The notes below the pieces were generated by a model that saw nothing but the letters and a program-made list of their open reading frames with translations, was not told the origin of the DNA and did no database searches. A stretch of DNA of 64,000 nucleotides from the human T2T-CHM13v2.0 reference genome, Homo sapiens. Shown here one piece after another: positions 14,217-28,501 of the stretch. The stretch lies in the NCBI RefSeq assembly GCF_009914755.1, contig NC_060948.1; one strand, 5' to 3'. Made by a program: the position numbers and the translations under genes. Positions within the stretch are counted from its first letter, which is position 1. Each line of letters opens with the position of its first letter.

Positions 14217-17200
14217 GAATGGATTCGACTGGAATGGAATGTTCTGGAAGTGAATGGACTCCAATGGAATGGATTCAAAAGGAATGGAATCGTACGGAAT
14301 GGAATCTAATGGAATGGAATTAAATGGAAATGAATCAAATTGAATAGCACGGAATTGAATTGAATGGAATGGAATGCAATGGAATCTAATGAAACGGAAA
14401 GGAAAGGAATGGAATGGAATGGAATGGGCTGGAATGGAAAGGAATCGAAACGAATGGAATGGAATCGAACTGAAGAGACTGGAATGGAATGCACTGGAAT
14501 GGAAGGGAGTGTAATGGAGGTTCTCGAAAAAAATGGAATCGAATGGAATGCAATTGAATGGAACGGAATAGAGTCGAATGGAATTGAATGGAATGGAATG
14601 GACTAGAGTGAAATGGAATCGAACCACAAGGAATGGACAGGAATAGAATGGTCTCGAATTGAATGGAATCGTATGGAATGGCATCAAACGGAATGGAATG
14701 GACAGCCACGGAATGGAATGCACTCGAATGCAATGGAGTCGAAACTAACGGACTGGAATAGAATGGACTCGACTGGTACGGACTCCAATGGAATGGAATC
14801 GAATGGAAGGGAATCGAACGGAAGGGAATCGAACGGAATGGACTCGAAGGGAAAAGACTGCAATGGAAAGGTCTCGAATGGAATGGAAATTAATGGAATG
14901 GAATGGAATCGAATGAAATGGAGTCGAAAGGAATGGAATCGAATGGCAAGAAATCGAATGTAATGGAATCGCAAGGAATTGATGTGAACGGAACGGAATG
15001 GAATGGAATCCAAAGGAATGGAATAGAATGGAATGGAATCGAATGGAAAGGACTCAAATGGAAATCACTCGAATAGAATGCAATTTAATAAAATAGGATC
15101 AAATGTAATGGAATGGAATGGAAAGGAATCAAAACGAAAGGAATGGAGACAGATGGAATGGAATGGAACAGAGAGCAATGGTATAGAATGGAATGGAATC
15201 ATCTAGAATGGAATTGAATGGAATGGAATAATATGAAATGGAATGGAATGGAATGGAATGGAATGGAATGGAATGCCCTTGAATTAAATGGACTGGAATG
15301 GAATGGACTCGAAGAGAGTGGAATGGAAAGTGTTGAGATAGAATGGAATGGACTCCTTTGGAATGGTGTAGTATGCAATGCAATCGACTGGCAGGGAATC
15401 AAAAGGAATGTAATCGAATGGATTGGACTGGAATGCGATGGACTCGAATAGATTGGAAACGGAATGCAAAGGAATGGAATGGAATAGTATGGAATGGAAT
15501 GGAAAGGAATGGAGTGGAATAGACTAGAGTGGAATGGAATGGACTGGAAAGCAATGGACTGGAATGGAACTTTCTTGAATGGACTGGAATCAAACGGAAT
15601 GGAATGCAATGCAATCAAATGGCATGGAATAAAATAGAATGAAAGAGAATCAAATGGAATTGAATCGAATGGAATCGAATGGATTGGAAAGGAATAGAAT
15701 GGAATGGAATGGAATTGACTCAAATGGAATGGACTAGAATGGAATGGATTCGAATGGAAGGCAAAGGAATGGAATCTATTGGAATGGACTGTAATGGAAT
15801 GGAATGGAAGGGATTGGAATGGACTCGAATGGAATGGACTGCAATAGAAAGGATTCGAATGGAATGAAAAAGAATTGAATGGAATAGAACAGAATGGAAT
15901 CAAATCGAATGAAATGGAATGGAATAGAAAGGAATGGAATGAAATGGAATGGAAAGGATTCGAATGGAATGCAATCGAATGGAATGGAATCGAACGGAAT
16001 GGAATAAAATGGAAGAAAACTGGCAAGAAATGGAATCGAAATGAATGGAGTGTTATGGAACGGACTCAAAAGGAATTGAATGTAATAGAATGGAGTGGAG
16101 TGGACTCGAATATAATGGACTGGAATGGAATGAAATCACATGGAATGGGAACGAATGGAATGGAATGGAAAGGAATGGAATCGAATGGAAAGGAATCGAA
16201 TGGAAGGGAATGAAATTGAATCAACAGGAATGGAAGGGAATAGAATAGACGGTAATGGAATGGACTCGAATAGAATGGACACGAATGCTCAAATTGAATG
16301 GACTCGAATGGAATGGAAACGAAAGGAATGTCATCGAATGGAATTGAATCGATTGGAATGAAATCGCATAGAATGGAGTGGAATCAAATGGAATTGAATC
16401 GAAAGGAAAGGAAGCGAATGGACTGAAATGAAATGGAATGGAATTGAATGGAAAGTAATGCAATGGAATAGAATGGAACGAAATTTCACGGAATGGAATC
16501 AAACTGAATGGAATCAAATCAATGGAATCAAATCAAATGGAATGGAAAGGAATTGAATGGAGTAGATTGGATTGGATGGGATTGGAATGAAATGTACTGG
16601 AAAGGACTCGAATTTCATGAAACGGAATGGAATGAATTGGAACGGAATGGACTCGAATGGAATGGAATGTCATGGAATGGCATCAAATGGAATGGCATCA
16701 AATGGAATGGAATCGAATGCAATGGAATGCTATGGAATGGAATGGAATGCATTGGAATGGAATGTCCTCTAATGGAATGGATTCGAGTGGAATGGAATCG
16801 AATATAATGGAGTCGAATGAAATGGAATTGAAAGGAATGGGATCGAATACAATGGAATATACTGGAATGTAATGTAATGAACTCGAATGTAATTGACTGG
16901 AATGGAATGTACATGAATGGAATGTAATCGAATGGAAAGTAATCCAATGGAATAGAATGTAATGCAATAAAATCGACTCAGATAGAGTAGAATGTAATGG
17001 AATGGAGTGCAGTGCAATGGAATGGAATGGAATGGAATGGAATGGAATGGAATGGAATGGGATGGAATGGGATGGAATGGTATGGAATGGATAGTAATGG
17101 ACTGGAATGAAATGGACTGGAAAGGAATGGACTCAAATTGAAAGGGCTCGAAAGCAATGGAGTCAAATGGAATGGTCTGGAATGGAATGAACACGAATGT

Positions 17201-17789
17201 AATGCAATCCAATAGAATGGAATCGAATGGCATGGAATATAAAGAAATGGAATCGAAGAGAATGGAAACAAATGGAATGGAATTGAATGGAATGGAATTG
17301 AATGGAATGGGAACGAATGGAGTGAAATTGTATGCAGTAGAAGGGAATAGAATGGAATGCAAGCGAAAGGAAAGGAATGGATTGGAATGGAATGGAATTC
17401 ATTGGAATGGAAGGGAATGTAGTGTAATGGACAGGCCTGGAATAAAGTGGAATGCTACGGTCTCGAATGGAATAAAAATGTATGGAATGGAATGCAATGA
17501 AACGGAATCGAATGTCATAGAATGTAATGGAATGCAAAAAAACGGAATCCAAAATCATTGACTGGAAAGGCTGGGTGTTGAAAGGAATTGACTCCAATGG
17601 AATGGAATCGAATGGAATGGAAGTGAATAGAATCGAACTAAATCGAATGGAATGGAATTGATAGGAACGGAATGGAAAGGAATGCAATGATTTGGCATGG
17701 AATGGAATCGAATGGCATCGAATGGAATGGAATGGAATGCAATGGAATGGAATGTATTAGAATGTAATGAACTTTAATGGAATGTACTC
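14217..17789 (+). repeat. Monomer 5 (3573 bp)
   Basis: Anchor-to-anchor distance; 15-bp duplication at 14806-14835, 1-bp deletion at ~14518, TCTAGA at 15202. Confidence 0.9.
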
Positions 17790-20700
17790 GAATGGATTCG
17801 ACTGGAATGGAATGTTCTGGAAGTGAATGGACTCCAATGGAATGGATTCAAAAGGAATGGAATCGTACGGAATGGAATCTAATGGAATGGAATTAAATGG
17901 AAATGAATCAAATTGAATAGCACGGAATTGAATTGAATGGAATGGAATGCAATGGAATCTAATGAAACGGAAAGGAAAGGAATGGAATGGAATGGAATGG
18001 GCTGGAATGGAAAGGAATCGAAACGAATGGAATGGAATCGAACTGAAGAGACTGGAATGGAATGCACTGGAATGGAAGGGAGTGTAATGGAAGGTTCTCG
18101 AAAAAAATGGAATCGAATGGAATGCAATTGAATGGAACGGAATAGAGTCGAATGGAATTGAATGGAATGGAATGGACTAGAGTGAAATGGAATCGAACCA
18201 CAAGGAATGGACAGGAATAGAATGGTCTCGAATTGAATGGAATCGTATGGAATGGCATCAAACGGAATGGAATGGACAGCCACGGAATGGAATGCACTCG
18301 AATGCAATGGAGTCGAAACTAACGGACTGGAATAGAATGGACTCGACTGGTACGGACTCCAATGGAATGGAATCGAATGGAAGGGAATCGAACGGAAGGG
18401 AATCGAACGGAATGGACTCGAAGGGAAAAGACTGCAATGGAAAGGTCTCGAATGGAATGGAAATTAATGGAATGGAATGGAATCGAATGAAATGGAGTCA
18501 AAAGGAATGGAATCGAATGGCAAGAAATCGAATGTAATGGAATCGCAAGGAATTGATGTGAACGGAACGGAATGGAATGGAATCCAAAGGAATGGAATAG
18601 AATGGAATGGAATCGAATGGAAAGGACTCAAATGGAAATCACTCGAATAGAATGCAATTTAATAAAATAGGATCAAATGTAATGGAATGGAATGGAAAGG
18701 AATCAAAACGAAAGGAATGGAGACAGATGGAATGGAATGGAACAGAGAGCAATGGTATAGAATGGAATGGAATCATCTAGAATGGAATTGAATGGAATGG
18801 AATAATATGAAATGGAATGGAATGGAATGGAATGGAATGGAATGCCCTTGAATTAAATGGACTGGAATGGAATGGACTCGAAGAGAGTGGAATGGAAAGT
18901 GTTGAGATAGAATGGAATGGACTCCTTTGGAATGGTGTAGTATGCAATGCAATCGACTGGCAGGGAATCAAAAGGAATGTAATCGAATGGATTGGACTGG
19001 AATGCGATGGACTCGAATAGATTGGAAACGGAATGCAAAGGAATGGAATGGAATAGTATGGAATGGAATGGAAAGGAATGGAGTGGAATAGACTAGAGTG
19101 GAATGGAATGGACTGGAAAGCAATGGACTGGAGTGGAACTTTCTTGAATGGACTGGAATCAAACGGAATGGAATGCAATGCAATCAAATGGCATGGAATA
19201 AAATAGAATGAAAGAGAATCAAATGGAATTGAATCGAATGGAATCGAATGGATTGGAAAGGAATAGAATGGAATGGAATGGAATTGACTCAAATGGAATG
19301 GACTAGAATGGAATGGATTCGAATGGAAGGCAAAGGAATGGAATCTATTGGAATGGACTGTAATGGAATGGAATGGAAGGGATTGGAATGGACTCGAATG
19401 GAATGGACTGCAATAGAAAGGATTCGAATGGAATGAAAAAGAATTGAATGGAATAGAACAGAATGGAATCAAATCGAATGAAATGGAATGGAATAGAAAG
19501 GAATGGAATGAAATGGAATGGAAAGGATTCGAATGGAATGCAATCGAATGGAATGGAATCGAACGGAATGGAATAAAATGGAAGAAAACTGGCAAGAAAT
19601 GGAATCGAAATGAATGGAGTGTTATGGAACGGACTCAAAAGGAATTGAATGTAATAGAATGGAGTGGAGTGGACTCGAATATAATGGACTGGAATGGAAT
19701 GAAATCACATGGAATGGGAACGAATGGAATGGAATGGAAAGGAATGGAATCGAATAGAAAGGAATCGAATGGAAGGGAATGAAATTGAATCAACAGGAAT
19801 GGAAGGGAATAGAATAGACGGTAATGGAATGGACTCGAATAGAATGGACACGAATGCTCAAATTGAATGGACTCGAATGGAATGGAAACGAAAGGAATGT
19901 CATCGAATGGAATTGAATCGATTGGAATGAAGTCGCATAGAATGGAGTGGAATCAAATGGAATTGAATCGAAAAGAAAGGAAGCAAATGGACTGAAATGA
20001 AATGGAATGGAATTGAATGGAAAGTAATGCAATGGAATAGAATGGAACGAAATTTCACGGAATGGAATCAAACTGAATGGAATCAAATCAATGGAATCAA
20101 ATCAAATGGAATGGAAAGGAATTGAATGGAGTAGATTGGATTGGATGGGATTGGAATGAAATGTACTGGAAAGGACTCGAATTTCATGAAACGGAATGGA
20201 ATGAATTGGAACGGAATGGACTCGAATGGAATGGAATGTCATGGAATGGCATCAAATGGAATGGCATCAAATGGAATGGAATCGAATGCAATGGAATGCT
20301 ATGGAATGGAATGGAATGCATTGGAATGGAATGTCCTCTAATGGAATGGATTCGAGTGGAATGGAATCGAATATAATGGAGTCGAATGAAATGGAATTGA
20401 AAGGAATGGGATCGAATACAATGGAATATACTGGAATGTAATGTAATGAACTCGAATGTAATTGACTGGAATGGAATGTACATGAATGGAATGTAATCGA
20501 ATGGAAAGTAATCCAATGGAATAGAATCTAATGCAATAAAATCGACTCAGATAGAGTAGAATGTAATGGAATGGAGTGCAGTGCAATGGAATGGAATGGA
20601 ATGGAATGCAATGGAATGGAATGGAATGGAATGGAATGGAATGGGATGGAATGGGATGGAATGGGATGGAATGGATAGTAATGGACTGGAGTGAAATGGA

Positions 20701-21373
20701 CTGGAAAGGAATGGACTCAAATTGAAAGGGCTCGAAAGGAATGGAGTCAAATGGAATGGTCTGGAATGGAATGAACACGAATGTAATGCAATCCAATAGA
20801 ATGGAATCGAATGGCATGGAATATAAAGAAATGGAATCGAAGAGAATGGAAACAAATGGAATGGAATTGAATGGAATGGAATTGAATGGAATGGGAACGA
20901 ATGGAGTGAAATTGTATGCAGTAGAAGGGAATAGAATGGAATGCAAGCGAAAGGAAAGGAATGGATTGGAATGGAATGGAATTCATTGGAATGGAAGGGA
21001 ATGTAGTGTAATGGACAGGCCTGGAATAAAGTGGAATGCTACGGTCTCGAATGGAATAAAAATGTATGGAATGGAATGCAATGAAACGGAATCGAATGTC
21101 ATAGAATGTAATGGAATGCAAAAAAATGGAATCCAAAATCATTGACTGGAAAGGCTGGGTGTCGAAAGGAATTGACTCCAATGGAATGGAATTGAATGGA
21201 ATGGAAGTGAATAGAATCGAACTAAATCGAATGGAATGGAATTGATAGGAACGGAATGGAAAGGAATGCAATGATTTGGCATGGAATGGAATCGAATGGC
21301 ATCGAATGGAATGGAATGCAATGCAATGGAATGGAATGTATTAGAATGTAATGAACTTTAATGGAATGTACTC
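17790..21373 (+). repeat. Monomer 6 (3584 bp)
   Basis: Anchor-to-anchor distance; 15-bp duplication at 18380-18409, TCTAGA at 18776. Confidence 0.9.
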
Positions 21374-24300
21374 GAATGGATTCGACTGGAATGGAATGTT
21401 CTGGAAGTGAATGGACTCCAATGGAATGGATTCAAAAGGAATGGAATCGTACGGAATGGAATCTAATGGAATGGAATTAAATGGAAATGAATCAAATTGA
21501 ATAGCACGGAATTGAATGGAATGGAATGGAATGCAATGGAATCTAATGATACGGAAAGGAAAGGAATGGAATGGAATGGAATGGGCTGGAATGGAAAGGA
21601 ATCGAAACGAATGGAATGGAATCGAACTGAAGAGACTGGAATGGAATGCACTGGAATGGAAGGGAGTGTAATGGAAGGTTCTCGAAAAAAATGGAATCGA
21701 ATGGAATGGAATGGAATGGAACGGAATAGAGTCGAATGGAATTGAATGGAATGGAATGGACTAGAGTGAAATGGAATCGAACCACAAGGAATGGACAGGA
21801 ATAGAATGGTCTCGAATTGAATGGAATCGTATGGAATGGCATCAAACGGAATGGAATGGACAGCCACGGAATGGAATGCCCTCGAATGCAATGGAGTCGA
21901 AACTAATGGACTGGAATAGAATGGACTCGACTGGTACGGACTCCAATGGAATGGAATCGAATGGAAGGGAATCGAACGGAATGGACTCGAAGGGAAAAGA
22001 CTGCAATGGAAAGGTCTCGAATGGAATGGAAATTAATGGAATGGAATGGAATCGAATGAAATGGAGGCAAAAGGAATGGAATCGAATGGCAAGAAATCGA
22101 ATGTAATGGAATCGCAAGGAATTGATGTGAACGGAACGGAATGGAATGGAATCCAAAGGAATGGAATAGAATGGAATGGAATCGAATGGAAAGGACTCAA
22201 ATGGAAATCACTCGAATAGAATGCAATTTAATAAAATAGGATCAAATGTAATGGAATGGAATGGAAAGGAATCGAAACGAAAGGAATGGAGACAGATGGA
22301 ATGGAATGGAACAGAGAGCAATGGTATAGAATGGAATGGAATCATCTAGAATGGAATTGAATGGAATGGAATAATATGAAATGGAATGGAATGGAATGGA
22401 ATGGAATGGAATGGAATGCCCTTGAATTAAATGGACTGGAATGGAATGGACTCGAAGAGAGTGGAATGGAAAGTGTTGAGATAGAATGGAATGGACTCCT
22501 TTGGAATGGTGTAGTATGCAATGCAATCGACTGGCAGGGAATCAAAAGGAATGTAATCGAATGGATTGGACTGGAATGCGATGGACTCGAATAGATTGGA
22601 AACGGAATGCAAAGGAATGGAATGGAATAGTATGGAATGGAATGGAAAGGAATGGAGTGGAATAGACTAGAGTGGAATGGAATGGACTGGAAAGCAATGG
22701 ACTGGAATGGAACTTTCTTGAATGGACTGGAATCAAACGGAATGGAATGCAATGCAATCAAATGGCATGGAATAAAATAGAATGAAAGAGAATCAAATGG
22801 AATTGAATCGAATGGAATCGAATGGATTGGAAAGGAATAGAATGGAATGGAATGGAATTGACTCAAATGGAATGGACTAGAATGGAATGGATTCGAATGG
22901 AAGGCAAATGAATGGAATCTATTGGAATGGACTGTAATGGAATGGAATGGAAGGGATTGGAATGGACTCGAATGGAATGGACTGCAATAGAAAGGATTGG
23001 AATGGAATGAAAAAGAATTGAATGGAATAGAACAGAATGGAATCAAATCGAATGAAATGGAATGGAATAGAAAGGAATGGAATGAAATGGAATGGAAAGG
23101 ATTCGAATGGAATGCAATCGAATGGAATGGAATCGAACGGAATGGAATAAAATGGAAGAAAACTGGCAAGAAATGGAATCGAAATGAATAGAGTGTTATG
23201 GAACGGACTCAAAAGGAATTGAATGTAATAGAATGGAGTGGAGTGGACTCGAATATAATGGACTGGAATGGAATGAAATCACATGGAATGGGAACGAATG
23301 GAATGGAATGGAAAGGAATGGAATCGAATGGAAAGGAATCGAATGGAAGGGAATGAAATTGAATCAACAGGAATGGAAGGGAATAGAATAGACGGTAATG
23401 GAATGGACTCGAATAGAATGGACACGAATGCTCAAATTGAATGGACTCGAATGGAATGGAAACGAAAGGAATGTCATCGAATGGAATTGAATCGATTGGA
23501 ATGAAATCGCATAGAATGGAGTGGAATCAAATGGAATTGAATCGAAAGGAAAGGAAGCGAATGGACTGAAATGAAATGGAATGGAATTGAATGGAAAGTA
23601 ATGCAATGGAATAGAATGGAACGAAATTTCACGGAATGGAATCAAACTGAATGGAATCAAATCAATGGAATCAAATCAAATGGAATGGAAAGGAATTGAA
23701 TGGAGTAGATTGGATTGGATGGGATTGGAATGAAATGTACTGGAAAGGACTCGAATTTCATAAAACGGAATGGAATGAATTGGAACGGAATGGACTCGAA
23801 TGGAATGGAATGTCATGGAATGGCATCAAATGGAATGGCATCAAATGGAATGGAATCGAATGCAATGGAATGCTATGGAATGGAATGGAATGCATTGGAA
23901 TGGAATGTCCTCTAATGGAATGGATTCGAGTGGAATGGAATCGAATATAATGGAGTCGAATGAAATGGAATTGAAAGGAATGGGATCGAATACAATGGAA
24001 TATACTGGAATGTAATGTAATGAACTCGAATGTAATTGACTGGAATGGAATGTACATGAATGGAATGTAATCGAATGGAAAGTAATCCAATGGAATAGAA
24101 TCTAATGCAATAAAATCGACTCAGATAGAGTAGAATGTAATGGAATGGAGTGCAGTGCAATGGAATGGAATGGAATGGAATGCAATGGAATGGAATGGAA
24201 TGGAATGGAATGGAATGGAATGGGATGGAATGGGATGGAATGGTATGGAATGGATAGTAATGGACTGGAGTGAAATGGACTGGAAAGGAATGGACTCAAA

Positions 24301-24952
24301 TTGAAAGGGCTCGAAAGCAATGGAGTCAAATGGAATGGTCTGGAATGGAATGAACACGAATGTAATGCAATCCGATAGAATGGAATCGAATGGCATGGAA
24401 TATAAAGAAATGGAATCGAAGAGAATGGAAACAAATGGAATGGAATTGAATGGAATGGAATTGAATGGAATGGGAACGAATGGAGTGAAATTGTATGCAG
24501 TAGAAGGGAATAGAATGGAATGCAAGCGAAAGGAAAGGAATGGATTGGAATGGAATGGAATTCATTGGAATGGAAGGGAATGTAGTGTAATGGACAGGCC
24601 TGGAATAAAGTGGAATGCTACGGTCTCGAATGGAATAAAAATGTATGGAATGGAATGCAATGAAACGGAATCGAATGTCATAGAATGTAATGGAATGCAA
24701 AAAAATGGAATCCAAAATCATTGACTGGAAAGGCTGGGTGTCGAAAGGAATTGACCCCAATGGAATGGAATCGAATGGAATGGAAGTGAATAGAATCGAA
24801 CTAAATCGAATGGAATGGAATTGATAGGAACGGAATGGAAAGGAATGCAATGATTTGGCATGGAATGGAATCGAATGGCATCGAATGGAATGGAATGGAA
24901 TGCAATGGAATGGAATGTATTAGAATGTAATGAACTTTAATGGAATGTACTC
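21374..24952 (+). repeat. Monomer 7 (3579 bp)
   Basis: Anchor-to-anchor distance; TCTAGA at 22345. Confidence 0.9.
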
Positions 24953-27900
24953 GAATGGATTCGACTGGAATGGAATGTTCTGGAAGTGAATGGACTCCAA
25001 TGGAATGGATTCCAAAGGAATGGAATCGTACGGAATGGAATCTAATGGAATGGAATTAAATGGAAATGAATCAAATTGAATAGCACGGAATTGAATTGAA
25101 TGGAATGGAATGCAATGGAATCTAATGAAACGGAAAGGAAAGGAATGGAATGGAATGGAATGGGCTGGAATGGAAAGGAATCGAAACGAATGGAATGGAA
25201 TCGAACTGAAGAGACTGGAATGGAATGCACTGGAATGGAAGGGAGTGTAATGGAAGGTTCTCGAAAAAAATGGAATCGAATGGAATGGAATTGAATGGAA
25301 CGGAATAGAGTCGAATGGAATTGAATGGAATGGAATGGACTAGAGTGAAATGGAATCGAACCAAAAGGAATGGACAGGAATAGAATGGTCTCGAATTGAA
25401 TGGAATCGTATGGAATGGCATCAAACGGAATGGAATGGACAGCCACGGAATGGAATGCACTCGAATGCAATGGAGTCGAAACTAATGGACTGGAATAGAA
25501 TGGACTCGACTGGTACGGACTCCAATGGAATGGAATCGAATGGAAGGGAATCGAACGGAATGGACTCGAAGGGAAAAGACTGCAATGGAAAGGTCTCGAA
25601 TGGAATGGAAATTAATGGAATGGAATGGAATCGAATGAAATGGAGTCAAAAGGAATGGAATCGAATGGCAAGAAATCGAATGTAATGGAATCGCAAGGAA
25701 TTGATGTGAACGGAACGGAATGGAATGGAATCCAAAGGAATGGAATAGAATGGAATGGAATCGAATGGAAAGGACTCAAATGGAAATCACTCGAATAGAA
25801 TGCAATTTAATAAAATAGGATCAAATGTAATGGAATGGAATGGAAAGGAATCGAAACGAAAGGAATGGAGACAGATGGAATGGAATGGAACAGAGAGCAA
25901 TGGTATAGAATGGAATGGAATCATCTAGAATGGAATTGAATGGAATGGAATAATATGAAATGGAATGGAATGGAATGGAATGCCCTTGAATTAAATGGAC
26001 TGGAATGGAATGGACTCGAAGAGAGTGGAATGGAAAGTGTTGAGATAGAATGGAATGGACTCCTTTGGAATGGTGTAGTATGCAATGCAATCGACTGGCA
26101 GGGAATCAAAAGGAATGTAATCGAATGGATTGGACTGGAATGCGATGGACTCGAATAGTTTGGAAACGGAATGCAAAGGAATGGAATGGAATAGTATGGA
26201 ATGGAATGGAAAGGAATGGAGTGGAATAGACTAGAGTGGAATGGAATGGACTGGAAAGCAATGGACTGGAATGGAACTTTCTTGAATGGACTGGAATCAA
26301 ACGGAATGGAATGCAATGCAATCAAATGGCATGGAATAAAATAGAATGAAAGAGAATCAAATGGAATTGAATCGAATGGAATCGAATGGATTGGAAAGGA
26401 ATAGAATGGAATGGAATGGAATTGACTCAAATGGAATGGACTAGAATGGAATGGATTCGAATGGAAGGCAAAGGAATGGAATCTATTGGAATGGACTGTA
26501 ATGGAATGGAATGGAAGGGATTGGAATGGACTCGAATGGAATGGACTGCAATAGAAAGGATTCGAATGGAATGAAAAAGAATTGAATGGAATAGAACAGA
26601 ATGGAATCAAATCGAATGAAATGGAATGGAATAGAAAGGAATGGAATGAAATGAAATGGAAAGGATTCGAATGGAATGCAATCGAATGGAATGGAATCGA
26701 AAGGAATGGAATAAAATGGAAGAAAACTGGCAAGAAATGGAATCGAAATGAATGGAGTGTTATGGAACGGACTCAAAATGAATTGAATGTAATAGAATGG
26801 AGTGGAGTGGACTCGAATATAATGGACTGGAATGGAATGAAATCACATGGAATGGGAACGAATGGAATGGAATGGAAAGGAATGGAATCGAATGGAAAGG
26901 AATCGAATGGAAGGGAATGAAATTGAATCAACAGGAATGGAAGGGAATAGAATAGACGGTAATGGAATGGACTCGAATAGAATGGACACGAATGCTCAAA
27001 TTGAATGGACTCGAATGGAATGGAAACGAAAGGAATGTCATCGAATGGAATTGAATCGATTGGAATGAAATCGCATAGAATGGAGTGGAATCAAATGGAA
27101 TTGAATCGAAAGGAAAGGAAGCGAATGGACTGAAATGAAATGGAATGGAATTGAATGGAAAGTAATGCAATGGAATAGAATGGAACGAAATTTCACGGAA
27201 TGGAATCAAACTGAATGGAATCAAATCAATGGAATCAAATCAAATGGAATGGAAAGGAATTGAATGGAGTAGATGGGATTGGATGGGATTGGAATGAAAT
27301 GTACTGGAAAGGACTCGAATTTCATGAAACGGAATGGAATGAATTGGAACGGAATGGACTCGAATGGAATGGAATGTCATGGAATGGCATCAAATGGAAT
27401 GGCATCAAATGGAATGGAATCGAATGCAATGGAAAGCTATGGAATGGAATGGAATGCATTGGAATGGAATGTCCTCTAATGGAATGGATTTGAGTGGAAT
27501 GGAATCGAATATAATGGAGTCGAATGAAATGGAATTGAAAGGAATGGGATCGAATACAATGGAATATACTGGAATGTAATGTAATGAACTCGAATGTAAT
27601 TGACTGGAATGGAATGTACATGAATGGAATGTAATCGAATGGAAAGTAATCCAATGGAATAGAATCTAATGCAATAAAATCGACTCAGATAGAGTAGAAT
27701 GTAATGGAATGGAGTGCAGTGCAATGGAATGGAATGGAATGGAATGGAATGGAATGGAATGGAATGGAATGGGATGGAATGGGATGGAATGGTATGGAAT
27801 GGATAGTAATGGACTGGAATGAAATGGACTGGAAAGGAATGGACTCAAATTGAAAGGGCTCGAAAGCAATGGAGTCAAATGGAATGGTCTGGAATGGAAT

Positions 27901-28501
27901 GAACACGAATGTAATGCAATCCAATAGAATGGAATCGAATGGCATGGAATATAAAGAAATGGAATCGAAGAGAATGGAAACAAATGGAATGGAATTGAAT
28001 GGAATGGAATTGAATGGAATGGGAACGAATGGAGTGAAATTGTATGCAGTAGAAGGGAATAGAATGGAATGCAAGCGAAAGGAAAGGAATGGATTGGAAT
28101 GGAATGGAATTCATTGGAATGGAAGGGAATGTAGTGTAATGGACAGGCCTGGAATAAAGTGGAATGCTACGGTCTCGAATGGAATAAAAATGTATGGAAT
28201 GGAATGCAATGAAACGGAATCGAATGTCATAGAATGTAATGGAATGCAAAAAAACGGAATCCAAAATCATTGACTGGAAAGGCTGGGTGTTGAAAGGAAT
28301 TGACTCCAATGGAATGGAATCGAATGGAATGGAAGTGAATAGAATCGAACTAAATCGAATGAAATGGAATTGATAGGAACGGAATGGAAAGGAATGCAAT
28401 GATTTGGCATGGAATGGAATCGAATGGCATCGAATGGAATGGAATGGAATGCAATGGAATGGAATGTATTAGAATGTAATGAACTTTAATGGAATGTACT
28501 C
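24953..28501 (+). repeat. Monomer 8 (3549 bp)
   Basis: Anchor-to-anchor distance; TCTAGA at 25924. Confidence 0.9.
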